Shown here in pieces: positions 8,110 through 18,313 of a DNA stretch of 64,000 nt (positions are counted from its first letter, which is position 1; each line of letters opens with the position of its first letter). The stretch is taken from positions 1,472,001 through 1,536,000 of the forward strand of contig JASGHJ010000001.1 of the NCBI GenBank assembly GCA_047602405.1, read 5' to 3'. Under the pieces are notes generated by a model. It searched no databases. It worked only from the letters and a program-made list of their open reading frames with translations, and was not told where the DNA came from. A program made the translations under genes and the position numbers. Source of the stretch: Anaeromyxobacteraceae bacterium (GTDB lineage: Bacteria > Myxococcota > Myxococcia > Myxococcales > Anaeromyxobacteraceae).

Positions 8110-11100
8110 CTACTCGACCTTCACGAGGTTGTCGTCGGAGTTGCGGTCGATGCGCCGGTTGAACGGGTCGACGCCCGCCCAGCGCGGCTCGCGGTCGACG
8201 ACGAGCGTGAGGGTCGACGCCCCGCTCCTCACCCGCACCTTCTCGAGCCGGAGCACGTCCTCCTCGCGGAAGCCCTTCTTCCCGGGCTCGGCCGCGAAGA
8301 CGCCCACCTCCACGAGCTCGTCCATCGGCGCCTCGGTCTCGACACCCTTCCCGTCGGCGTACTTCTTCGCGGCGGTGATCGAGAGCGCGACCTCGAACTT
8401 GCCGTCGGGCCGGCGGGTCACCTTCGCGCCCTTGGCGCCGAGGTCGTAGAGCGTGATCCGCTCGAAGAGGTCGGTGATGAGCGCGTCGTGCGCGGGGCCG
8501 GCCTCCTCGCGGAGGATCCGGAGGAAGTCGGTGGAGGACGGGTAGGGCGCCGGCTTGAAGGCGAACTCCGAGACGAGCCGGCGGAGCGAGCGGGTCACGA
8601 CCTCGCGCCCGACGACCTCGTCGAGCCAGGCCATGACGAGCGTGCCCTTCTGGTAGTGGATGTAGCCCTGGTTCTCGACGCGGGCGAGCGGCAGCTCCTC
8701 CACGAGCTCGCTCCCGCGCGAGCGCAGGTAGCGGTCGAGCTCGTACTTCGTGAAGCGCCGCAGCTGCGCCTTCCCGTAGAGGTCCTCCATCACGAGGAGC
8801 GCGCCGTACTGCGCGAAGGTCTCGACGAGCATGGTCCCGCCCTGCATGTCGGCGCCGACGATTCTGGTGGCCGAACCACTGGTGGGCGACCTCGTGGGCG
8901 GTCACGTAGGTGGCGAGGTCCACCTTCTCCGGATCCGAGGCGTCGGCGACGAAGCCGATGGCCTCCGAGTAGGGGATGGTGTTCGAGAACGACTGGGCGA
9001 AGCTGGCGTAGGCGGGGAACTCGAGCACGCGGAGCTGGCGGAACTGGAAGGGCGAGAAGGCCCGCCCGAACAGCTCGAGCGAGCGCCTCATCGAGCCGAG
9101 CATGCGGTCCAGGGTGTACCCGTGCGGCGGGTGGTGCAGGACCGCCGTCTCGACCGCGCCCACCCGCTGGACCTTCGCGGCGTAGCGCGCCGACTGCAGC
9201 GAGAAGAAGTGGTGGATCGGCGCCTCGGTCCGGGTGCGCAGCGTGCGCCGGCCCCCGCGCGTCGTCTCCTCGACCGTGTAGCCCGGGAGCACCGGCACCT
9301 GGTCGGCGTCGGTCGTGAGCGACAGCTCGGCGTTCACCCAGTCGGAGTCGTGTCGGAGGTAGTGGTGGGCGCGGGCGGCCGGGTCCTCGAGCTTCGCCAT
9401 CCGGGGCAGCTCGGGCAGGCCGTACTTCCTGCGCTTCGCGCGGTCGGTGAGGAGCCCCTCCCCGCGCCACCACCCGAGCGACGGGGCGATCTCGGTGTTG
9501 TCGAGGAAGGTCCCGTTCCCGACGACGCGGGTGAGCGGCTGGCGCGCCGGGAAGCCGCGCTCCTCGAGGGTGGTGGCGAAGGCGATCCGGCGCCGCTCGC
9601 CGGGCGCCATCGGGGGCGAGAGCCTGAAGATGCGGCAGTGGACGTCCGGCAGCTCCTGCTCGACCGCGCCGCGCTCGACCGTGAGCTCGTCCAGCCGCAG
9701 GCGCAGGTCCCAGCGGACGTGGACGTGGTCGAGCGGTGCCCCGGTGCGGTTCTCGATCGCGTACTCGCCGCGGGTCACCGCGCGCACCTCGCGCGGGAAG
9801 AGCTGCACGTCGAGCTTGACGTCGGTGATGGTCGGCTGCGGGACCTTCTCGAAGGGCGAGAGCGTCTTCTCGACGAGCGCCTGCCGGGCCTCCTCGTCGT
9901 CGTCGGAGCGGTAGGTGTTGAGGACGTTGGTGTTGAAGAACACCCAGCCGCCGGCCACCGCCGCGCCCGCGAGCGCGAGCGCCGCGAGGACACCCGGCGC
10001 GCCGCGGAGCCGGCGGGGCAGCGCGCGGAGGCGCGGCGTGAGCCGGGCCTCCGTGCCGCGGCGCCGGAGCGCGTGGGCGAGGACCAGCACCGCGACCGAC
10101 AGGAGGAGCCAGTAGAGCTGCAGCCAGGCCGCGCCCACCCAGAACCGGCCCAGGCCGTTCATGTCGGAGAGCGGGGTGGGCGTCGTCGACGACCAGCGGT
10201 AGAGCGGGTGCTGGAAGCCCGCCTTCGAGAGCGAGCTCATCACCACGACGTAGACGAGCATCGCCGCCCAGCCGAGCGGCTTCGACGCCACGATCGACTG
10301 CACGAACACCGCGAAGACCGCGAAGAGGAAGAGCGCGATCACCGTGGGGACCGCGAACCAGAGGAGGTAGTGCCCGAGCTCGAGGGTGGTCCAGCCCTTC
10401 AGGAGCTGGGTCCCGACCGCGGTGAGCACGCCCACGAGCACCGTCGCGGCGAGCACCCCGGTCACCGCGACGAGCTTCGGGACGAGGAAGGTCCAGTCCG
10501 GCGCCGGCGTCGCATCGACGATCTCGTGCACGCGCCGCTCGCGGTCCCGCCAGACGAGCTCGCCCGCGTAGTAGATCGCGATGAGGAGCGGGAAGAGCGA
10601 GAAGGCGCCGTCGAGCGCCCGCACCATCCCGCGGGTCACCGGCAGGAGCTCCGCCCCCATGAAGTCCGTGGAGGTGAAGAGGGAGGCGAAGGCGTTCAGG
10701 ACGCCGAGGGCGAGCAGCACGTAGAAGGCCGGGCTGCGCAGCACGAAGAGGGCGTCGAAGCGGGCGAGGGTGAGCAGGGCGGACCAGGCGCCCTGGGCTC
10801 GTCCCTCGGCTTCGTTCACCCGGGGCCCTTCGACTTCGCCGCCTGCGGCGGCTACGCTCAGGGTGAACGAAGTCGAAGGGCTCGGGATGAGCGGCCGCGA
10901 GGCCACGAGGTGGGCGTCAGCAGGCTCGCCCCCCTCCGCCTTCCCACCCCCCGCCGGCTTCGCCTCGAACCGGAACAGCCGGTAGGCGACCGCGAAGAGC
11001 ACGACGGTGATCGCGCCCCACAGGAGCCGGTTCCGGAGCAGCGGCCCCGCGAGCGGCAACAGCTGCGTGTTGCGCTCGGCGGTCGTCCAGTAGCGGGTCA

Positions 11101-11752
11101 TCGCCTCGGCGGCGCCGAGCCCGAACGGGTCGAGGAGCGCGACGAGGTCGAGCCAGCGGGGATCCTGGAGCCCGATGATGGCCGCGAAGTAGAGGGCGAG
11201 GAACCCGACCGCGCCGACGTAGGTCGTGGTCATCGAGCGGGTGCCGGTCGCGAGCGCGAAGAAGCCCGCGGAGAGGAGCAGCACCGTGGGCAGGAGGAGC
11301 ACGAGGAGCACGTGCAGGTAGTCGCCCGCCCGGAACGGCCCGAGCTTGTCGGGGTCGAGCCAGGGCATCCACGTCCCGACGAGCACGCCGAGCGCCACCG
11401 AGCACAGCACGAGGTACCCGACGGCCGTCGCGCCGAGGAACCGGCCCACCACGTAGGCGGGCTTCGTCACCCGGGTGGTGTGCACGATCGGCGCGAAGCC
11501 CGTCTCGTCGTCGCGCACCACCGCGCCCGCGACGAAGGCCACGACGACGAACACCCCGAACACCGCCATCACGCCCACGGTCTGCACGAGCGCGAAGGGC
11601 GAGTTCAGGTGGGTGAGGCCGCGGCCGCCGATGCTGACGCCCTCGACGGCGACCGAGGCGAAGGAGAGGAGGAAGAAGATCGCCGAGGCGATCCAGAACA
11701 GCGGGGAGCGGACGAGGAAGCGGATCTCGAAGGCCGCGACGCGGGCGAGCAC
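8110..11752 (-). CDS. ABC-2 type permease fused to M1 aminopeptidase; apparent +1 frameshift at 8862-8863
   Basis: AGGAG before GTG at 11752; two multi-TM permease halves; FAQSF and HEVAHQWFGHQ. Removing one base of GATTC (8860-8864) continues IVGADMQGGTMLVETFAQY...YQKG into ORF 8110..8847. Confidence 0.85.
10797..10892. repeat. REP-like nested palindromic element inside the permease CDS
   Basis: 14-bp inverted repeat GCCCTTCGACTTCG / CGAAGTCGAAGGGC, a second IR TTCGTTCACCC / GGGTGAACGAA, and an inner hairpin CCGCC-TGC-GGCGG; locally more A/T-rich than the gene. Confidence 0.65.
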
Positions 11753-11784
11753 GGTGGGCTCCTGGGGTCTCGGGCGGCGCCCGC

Positions 11785-12672
11785 TCAGGCGGCGCGCGGC
11801 GCGGCGCGCCCGGCGGCGAGGGTCGCGAAGTAGAAGTCCTCGAGCCCCGCGACGGCGGGCTCGAAGCCCGGCCCCGGCGCGGCGTCGGCCACGACGTGCA
11901 CGACGGTGCGGCCCTCCCTGAGGCGCGTCGAGATCACGTTCATCGCGTCGCGGTACGCGGGGAGCTCGGCCTTGTCGATCACCCGCCGCCACACCCGGTC
12001 GCGCAGCGACGCGACGAGCGCGTGCGGCGTGCCCGAGGCGACGATCTTCCCGTCCGCGAGGATCGCCATGTTCGAGCAGAGGTCGGTGACGTCCTCGACG
12101 ATGTGCGTGGAGAGGATGACGACCACGTTCTCGCCGATCTCGGCGAGGAGGTTCGAGAAGCGGTTCCGCTCCTCGGGGTCGAGGCCGGCGGTCGGCTCGT
12201 CGACGATGACGAGCCGCGGGTCGCCGAGCAGCGCCTGGGCGATGCCGAACCGCTGGCGCATGCCGCCCGAGTAGCCGGCGAGCGCCTTCTTGCGGACGTC
12301 CCAGAGGTTCACCTGCCGGAGCAGGCGCTCCACCGCGTCCTTCCGCTCGCCGCGCGCGGTGAAGCCCTTCAGCACCGCGAGGTGATCCAGCATCTCGAGG
12401 GCCGAGACGCGCGGGTAGACGCCGAAGTCCTGCGGGAGGTAGCCGAGCTGCCGGCGCAGGTCGTCGGGCCGCGCCACCACGTCGGCGCCGTCGAAGGTGA
12501 TCCGGCCGGAGGTCGGGCGCTGCAGCGTGGCGACGCACCGCATGAGCGTCGACTTCCCCGCCCCGTTCGGCCCGAGGAGGCCGAACATGCCGCGGGGGAT
12601 CGTGAGGGAGACGCCGTCGAGCGCGCGGGTGCCGCCGCCGTAGACATGGGTGAGGTCCGAGATCGAGAGCAA
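11785..12672 (-). CDS. ABC transporter ATP-binding protein
   Basis: Walker A GPNGAGKST, signature YSGGMRQR, Walker B IVDEPT, STH; GGAGG before TTG start. Confidence 0.93.
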   Translation of the reverse strand: MLSISDLTHVYGGGTRALDGVSLTIPRGMFGLLGPNGAGKSTLMRCVATLQRPTSGRITFDGADVVARPDDLRRQLGYLPQDFGVYPRVSALEMLDHLAVLKGFTARGERKDAVERLLRQVNLWDVRKKALAGYSGGMRQRFGIAQALLGDPRLVIVDEPTAGLDPEERNRFSNLLAEIGENVVVILSTHIVEDVTDLCSNMAILADGKIVASGTPHALVASLRDRVWRRVIDKAELPAYRDAMNVISTRLREGRTVVHVVADAAPGPGFEPAVAGLEDFYFATLAAGRAAPRAA

Positions 12673-12815
12673 GCGGCCTCCGGGTGCGGGTCGTGGGGGT
12701 GGTATAGGACCATGCGTACGCCGGAAGTGGCCGTGCTATTTCGGGATCCTTGTCGCGGCGCGCCGCCTCGCCTAGATCACGGACTCGGCGAAAACGCCCA
12801 CGGAGGAACGCCCGC

Positions 12816-14375
12816 TTGCCCCAGCCCCCGAAGAAGAAGCCCCTGCTCCTCGTGGTCCTCGACGGGTGGGGCATCCGCGTCGACCGGGAGGCGAACGCGA
12901 TCGCGGTCGCGGGCACGCCCAACATGGACGCCCTCGCGAACGAGTTCCCGCACACCGCGCTCCAGACGAGCGGCAACGCGGTGGGGCTCCCCGACGGGCA
13001 GATGGGCAACTCGGAGGTCGGGCACACCAACCTCGGCGCCGGGCGGATCGTGTACCAGGACCTCGTCCGCATCAACCGCGACATCGAGGAGGGCGGCTTC
13101 TTCAAGAACGACGCCTTGCTGCTCGCCGTGCGCCGGGCGAAGGAGCACGGCGGCGCGCTCCACCTCCTCGGCCTCCTCTCCGATGGCGGCGTGCACAGCC
13201 ACGAGGAGCACCTCGCCGCGCTGCTCGAGCTCGCGCGGCGCGAGGGGCTGCACAGGGTCTTCATCCACGCGTTCATGGACGGCCGCGACACCCCGCCCAG
13301 GAGCGGCCTCGACTACATGGCGAGGCTCGAGAAGCGGCTCCGGGAGACCGGGCACGGCAAGATCGCCACCGTCTCCGGGCGCTACTACGCCATGGACCGC
13401 GACAAGCGGTGGGACCGCGTGCAGCAGGCGTACGCCGCCATCGTGAAGGGGGAGGGGAAGCGCGCCGGCTCGGGCGTCGCCGCGATGCAGCAGTCGTACG
13501 CGGAGGAGAAGGGCGACGAGTTCGTGCTCCCGACCGTGATCGTGAACGGCGACCAGCAGCCGGTCGGCCCGGTGCGCGACGGCGACGCGATCATCTTCTT
13601 CAACTTCCGCGCGGACCGCGCCCGCGAGATCACCCGCGCGCTCGCCTTCGACGACTTCAAGGACTTCGAGCGCGGCCACCCGCCCAGGCTCTCGGCGTAC
13701 GTCTGCATGACCCAGTACGACGAGACCTTCACCTTCCCGACCGCGTACCCGCCCCAGGACCTCACCGAGATCTTCCCGGAGATCGTCAGCCGCGCCGGGC
13801 TGAAGCAGCTGCGCTGCGCCGAGACCGAGAAGTACGCGCACGTCACCTTCTTCTTCAATGGCGGGCGCGAGCAGGTCTTCGACGGCGAGGACCGGATCCT
13901 CGTGCCGAGCCCGCGCGAGGTGAAGACCTACGACGAGAAGCCGGAGATGAGCGCCCGGGAGGTCACCGAGAAGCTCGTCGCCGCGATCGGCACCGGGAAG
14001 TACGGCTTCGTGCTCGTGAACTTCGCGAACCCGGACATGGTCGGGCACACCGGCCTCCTCGACGCCGCGGTGAAGGCCGTGAAGGTGGTGGACGAGTGCG
14101 TCGGGCGCCTGTGGCAGGCGGCCCGCGCGCAGGGCATGGCCATGATGATCACGGCCGACCACGGCAACTGCGAGCAGATGACCGACCCGGTGACCGGGCA
14201 GCCGCACACGGCCCACACCCTCAACCCCGTGCCGTTCATCCTCGCCGACCCGGACTACCGCGGGGCGAAGCTGCGTCCGCAGGGCGTCCTCGCGGACGTC
14301 GCGCCGACCGCGCTCGCGGTGATGGGGATCCCCCAGCCCAGGGAGATGAAGGGGTTGGGCCTCCTCGTCCGCTAG
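12816..14375 (+). CDS. gpmI: 2,3-bisphosphoglycerate-independent phosphoglycerate mutase
   Basis: [67 protein letters not shown] before TTG at 12816. Confidence 0.96.
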   Translation: MPQPPKKKPLLLVVLDGWGIRVDREANAIAVAGTPNMDALANEFPHTALQTSGNAVGLPDGQMGNSEVGHTNLGAGRIVYQDLVRINRDIEEGGFFKNDALLLAVRRAKEHGGALHLLGLLSDGGVHSHEEHLAALLELARREGLHRVFIHAFMDGRDTPPRSGLDYMARLEKRLRETGHGKIATVSGRYYAMDRDKRWDRVQQAYAAIVKGEGKRAGSGVAAMQQSYAEEKGDEFVLPTVIVNGDQQPVGPVRDGDAIIFFNFRADRAREITRALAFDDFKDFERGHPPRLSAYVCMTQYDETFTFPTAYPPQDLTEIFPEIVSRAGLKQLRCAETEKYAHVTFFFNGGREQVFDGEDRILVPSPREVKTYDEKPEMSAREVTEKLVAAIGTGKYGFVLVNFANPDMVGHTGLLDAAVKAVKVVDECVGRLWQAARAQGMAMMITADHGNCEQMTDPVTGQPHTAHTLNPVPFILADPDYRGAKLRPQGVLADVAPTALAVMGIPQPREMKGLGLLVR

Positions 14376-14400
14376 CACGGTCCTCGCATCGAGGCGCGGC

Positions 14401-15066
14401 ATGCTCCGCGCCCTGCTCGATCTCGTCTACCCGCCTTGCTGCGTTGCCTGCGGCGAGGACCTCGCCGACGTCGCCTCCGGCGAGCGGCTCGCCGGCGCCG
14501 CCTCCGGCGAGCCGTTCTGCGCCGTCTGCGCCGACGCGCTCCTCCCCCCGCCCACGCTCGTGGGCGTGGAGGGGCTCGACGGGATCGCGGCGGGTGGCCT
14601 CCTCGGCGGCCCGCTCGCCGACGCGATCCACGCCCTCAAGTACGGCGACCGGCCCGCGCTCGCGCGGCCGCTCGGCGCGTGGCTCGCGGCGCGCGTCCCG
14701 CTGCCGCCCGGCGCGCTCCTCCTCGGCGTGCCGCTCGCGCGGGGCCGGAGGATCGCGCGCGGCTACGACCAGGCGGCGCTGCTCGCGCGGGAGGTGGCCC
14801 GCGCGGCGCGGCGGCGCGCCCGCCTCGCCCCCGCCGGCGTGCTCGCCCGCGTGCGCGAGACCGCGCCCCAGGTCGGCAAGGGGCGCGCGGCGCGGCGCAC
14901 CAACGTCGTCGGGGCCTTCGCGGCAGGACGCCGCGCCGCAGGGCTCGACCTCGTGCTCGTGGACGACGTGGTCACGACCGGCGCGACCGCGGAGGCCGCG
15001 GCGCGCGCGCTCCGCGCGGCGGGCGCACGGTCCGTCCGCGTCATCGCGCTCGCCCGCGCGGAGTGA
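14401..15066 (+). CDS. comF: ComF family amidophosphoribosyltransferase-like protein
   Basis: N-terminal CxxC pairs, IHALKY, RGYDQA, LVDDVVTTGAT. Confidence 0.85.
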   Translation: MLRALLDLVYPPCCVACGEDLADVASGERLAGAASGEPFCAVCADALLPPPTLVGVEGLDGIAAGGLLGGPLADAIHALKYGDRPALARPLGAWLAARVPLPPGALLLGVPLARGRRIARGYDQAALLAREVARAARRRARLAPAGVLARVRETAPQVGKGRAARRTNVVGAFAAGRRAAGLDLVLVDDVVTTGATAEAAARALRAAGARSVRVIALARAE

Positions 15067-15288
15067 GCGGAACGGGAGCGATCACGGGCGTGTGGGAGCC
15101 GTTCACACCTCGCGAAGGGGAGGCACGGCAGGATCCCGCGCGGACGTCCGTCGGACGGGGGACAGCCCGAAGCTCGCGGCCGGCCTCACCTCGTGTGAAA
15201 ATCCGGGTCCCGCCGGCGGTGTCTCGCCCGCGGTGTTCGGCAAGGGCGGCACCGCCCGGCAGCACGGATCTCGGAGAGGGGACCTTCC

Positions 15289-17856
15289 ATGACGGCACGC
15301 TCACTCGCGCTGGTGACGGCGCTCACCTTCGCCACCTCGGCCGGCCTCGTCGGCTGCAAGTCCGACTCGGGAGGCTCGACCGGCAACCCGACCCCCGGCT
15401 ACGTCAACGTCTCCCTCACCGATCCGCTCAAGACCACCTACGTGGCCAACGGCGCGAACACGGTGAGCCTCGACGTCACCGACACCGAGGGCGGCCCGGT
15501 CGTGCTCACCACGACGCGCGGCACCTTCGTGAGCTCGGGCACGAAGACCTTCACCTCCACCGGCGCGCAGAGCACGGTCGTCCTCACGACCTGCGACGCC
15601 GCGACGGACTCGACCTGCGCCGGCACCGTCCTCATCAAGGCGACCCGCGGCACGGCCTTGGACTCGCTCACCTTCTCGTTCGTGTCGCTCGTGACCGCGT
15701 GCGCCTCGAGCTGCGCGGCCGACACCACCTGCACCAACCAGGCGTGCACCACCACCGGCGGCGCGAGCGGCAAGTGCGCCGGCACGCCGCTGCAGTGCGT
15801 CGCGAGCGGCGGCGGGTCGGGCGGCAACTGCACGGCGACCGGGGCGACCGAGACGGCCTGCGGCGACGGCCTGGACGACGACTGCGACGGCAAGATCGAC
15901 TGCGCGGACTCCGACTGCAACAACAAGCAGTGCAACGCGAGCTTCGCGACCTACCTCTGCCAGTCGAACGCGTGCACCGACACCACCTCCGGCCTCGCCC
16001 TCGTGCTGGCCCCGGCCCGCACCCGCCTGCCGGCCGACGGCACCACCCAGATCGCGGTGGACGTGGCCGTCTCGAATGGCGGCGACCCCGCACCCGGCCT
16101 GGTCGTGAACATGGCGGCCTCGCCCGCCGTGGGCATCACCCCGGCGCAGGCGACGGCCGACTCGAAGGGCATCGCCCACTTCACCTTCACCGCGCCGGCC
16201 ACCCCGCAGGCCGTCCAGCTCACCGCCTCGCTCGCCATCGTCCCGACCCTCACCGCGACGGCCACGATCACCATGCCCGCGCTGGGTGCCCTCGCCATCG
16301 CGGCGAACGCGCCGGTGAGCCCGACCGTGCTCGGCGCGACGGGCTCGGGCTGGAACGAGACCGGCTACGTGTCGGTGCTCGTGCTCGACGACAAGGGCCA
16401 GCCGTACCCCGACGGCCTCCCGGTGCGCTTCGAGCACCGCCAGCTCGGGGGCTCGACGCTCGCCGGATCACTCGCCCTCGACACCGCGACCTGCAAGGCG
16501 GCCCAGGGCTGCGTCGGCGTCGACGCGAAGACCTCCTCCGCGCCGGGCACCGCCGACACCGTCGGCCAGGCGACCGCGTGGCTCCAGTCCGGCCGCCTCG
16601 CCGGCACGCTCGCCACGACGGCCACCGCCACCATCGCCGGCGTCACGCGCGCCGTGGCGCTGCCCACCGTGGCCGTCGTCGGCGCGAAGGCGAGCGGCGC
16701 GAACTTCAGCGTCGTCTGCGGCCCGCGCAACGTCCCGGCGCTCGCCGAGACCGACTGCGCGGTCTCCCTCGTGGACGCGCCCTTCAAGTGCGAGGCGCTC
16801 CTCAAGGACCGCTTCTCGAACGTGCTCGGCCGCGCCACGCAGGTCATCTTCGCCTCGGAGGTCTCCGCGGTCGGGCCGGTCGTGACGACGCCGCAGTACG
16901 CGATCGGCGACGCCGGCGCGGGCCTCGGCAGGGCCGAGCAGACCTTCCAGACCCTCGGCGCGGCGCTGCCGTTCGACGTCGCCCCGCAGGCCGGCGAGGC
17001 CTTCGCGGTCCACGCGCAGGACGGCTGCGGCACCCGCACGCACAACCCGCGCGACGGCGTGGTCACGGTGATCGCGATGGCCGACGGCGAGGAGGCGTTC
17101 TTCGACACGAACGGGAACGGCAGGTACGACGCCGGCGAGCCGTTCGTGGACGCGGGCGAGCCCTTCGTCGACCAGGACGACAACGGCGTGCACGATCCGG
17201 GCGAGTGGTTCCTCGACGTGGACGGCGACGGCGCGTGGACCCCGCCGAACGGCGCCTGGGACGCCTCGACGAAGCTCTGGGCCCAGACGGTGGTGGTCTA
17301 CACCGGCGTCCCGGCCACGATGCAGGTCGCGGCGAACTACCTCGGCACCCGCTGGATCGACTTCCCCTCCTGGAGCGGCGCCTGCAACGCGACCCAGGCC
17401 GCGTCGCCGTTCGCGGTGGCCGCGTCGCAGGCCGGCCCGCCCCCGGTCGCGGCGACCTCCACGAACTACGTCGTCGTCGCGAGCGACCTCAACCTGAACC
17501 ACCTCGCCGCGAGCACCAACCACGCGGTGAAGGTCGCGGGCACGGTGGTCGCCGCGTACGGCGGCCTCACGAAGTACGCCGACGACCTCGGCTTCTTCTA
17601 CCGGTACTGGCCCTGCGACAAGAACGGCGTCTGCGCCTCGCAGTGCCGCGCCACCGGCGCGGCAGCGCCGTGCACGATGAAGCCGGCCGTCACCGACTTC
17701 GGCTGCGGCGTCGCCGCCGCCGTCACGATCACCGGCGGGTCGTCGCCGGACCCCGCGCTGCAGCAGGTCCAGTGGAACAGCGACACGACCTACAGCGTCT
17801 ACGGCGGCTCGAAGACGGTCCTCGACCGCAGCGTGGTCGTCGGCACGAGCCTCTGA
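15289..17856 (+). CDS. Cys-rich surface lipoprotein with invasin/Big_1-like Ig domains and Ca-binding-like repeats
   Basis: Lipobox LVGC; CGDGLDDDCDGKIDCADSDC motif; Big_1-like RLPADGTT...ADSKGIAHFTFT; DTNGNGRYDAGEPF / DQDDNGVHDPGEWF repeats. Confidence 0.72.
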   Translation: MTARSLALVTALTFATSAGLVGCKSDSGGSTGNPTPGYVNVSLTDPLKTTYVANGANTVSLDVTDTEGGPVVLTTTRGTFVSSGTKTFTSTGAQSTVVLTTCDAATDSTCAGTVLIKATRGTALDSLTFSFVSLVTACASSCAADTTCTNQACTTTGGASGKCAGTPLQCVASGGGSGGNCTATGATETACGDGLDDDCDGKIDCADSDCNNKQCNASFATYLCQSNACTDTTSGLALVLAPARTRLPADGTTQIAVDVAVSNGGDPAPGLVVNMAASPAVGITPAQATADSKGIAHFTFTAPATPQAVQLTASLAIVPTLTATATITMPALGALAIAANAPVSPTVLGATGSGWNETGYVSVLVLDDKGQPYPDGLPVRFEHRQLGGSTLAGSLALDTATCKAAQGCVGVDAKTSSAPGTADTVGQATAWLQSGRLAGTLATTATATIAGVTRAVALPTVAVVGAKASGANFSVVCGPRNVPALAETDCAVSLVDAPFKCEALLKDRFSNVLGRATQVIFASEVSAVGPVVTTPQYAIGDAGAGLGRAEQTFQTLGAALPFDVAPQAGEAFAVHAQDGCGTRTHNPRDGVVTVIAMADGEEAFFDTNGNGRYDAGEPFVDAGEPFVDQDDNGVHDPGEWFLDVDGDGAWTPPNGAWDASTKLWAQTVVVYTGVPATMQVAANYLGTRWIDFPSWSGACNATQAASPFAVAASQAGPPPVAATSTNYVVVASDLNLNHLAASTNHAVKVAGTVVAAYGGLTKYADDLGFFYRYWPCDKNGVCASQCRATGAAAPCTMKPAVTDFGCGVAAAVTITGGSSPDPALQQVQWNSDTTYSVYGGSKTVLDRSVVVGTSL

Positions 17857-17869
17857 GCACGGACGGCGG

Positions 17870-17896
17870 GGCGCGGTCTCGTCGGGAGACCGCGCC
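17870..17896 (+). terminator. Hairpin after the lipoprotein gene
   Basis: 11-bp perfect IR GGCGCGGTCTC / GAGACCGCGCC starting 14 nt after the stop; no U-tract. Confidence 0.45.
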
Positions 17897-18250
17897 TCCG
17901 CTGCCAGCGGTGACCCGGGCTCGCCCCGGCATGCGATCGAGCCTGCACCCGACGCCGGGTGAAACGCTCAGGTGCGCGGATCGGGCACACGTGGAGTAGA
18001 ATCGCAACGCGGCGAAACCCGGTCGATTTCCACTCCGAGTCGCAAGAAACCCACCGCATCTGGGGAGCGCCTCCGCGCACCGTCCGGTCATTCTTACGGG
18101 GCGTGCGGATGTGGGACGTGGTCATCTGGTCGATCGCTCGGCTGCACGGCCTTGTGCCTCCACGCGTTCTCGAAATAACCTCGCGGCGTTTGTCGAATCC
18201 GGGGTGCCCGGGTGCCTCTGTAGCCTGAGGGGGCGGGAAGTGCGGCATGC

Positions 18251-18266
18251 GGGCGCGGGCCTTGCT
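18251..18266 (+). promoter_or_regulatory. Putative sigma54 (-24/-12) promoter of the polysaccharide operon
   Basis: GGGCGCG-GGCC-TTGCT versus consensus TGGCACG-N4-TTGCW, with correct GG-N10-GC spacing, about 50 nt before the first CDS. Confidence 0.55.
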
Positions 18267-18313
18267 TCAGAGGCCGCCGACCTCCGGAACCGCAGAGGGA
18301 TGGGGACGCAGCG

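Noticed and set aside
8042..13291. 1749-aa minus-strand ORF
   Set aside because: Only 11752 to about 8863 is protein-like; the rest shadows gpmI and the ATPase or follows the frameshift.
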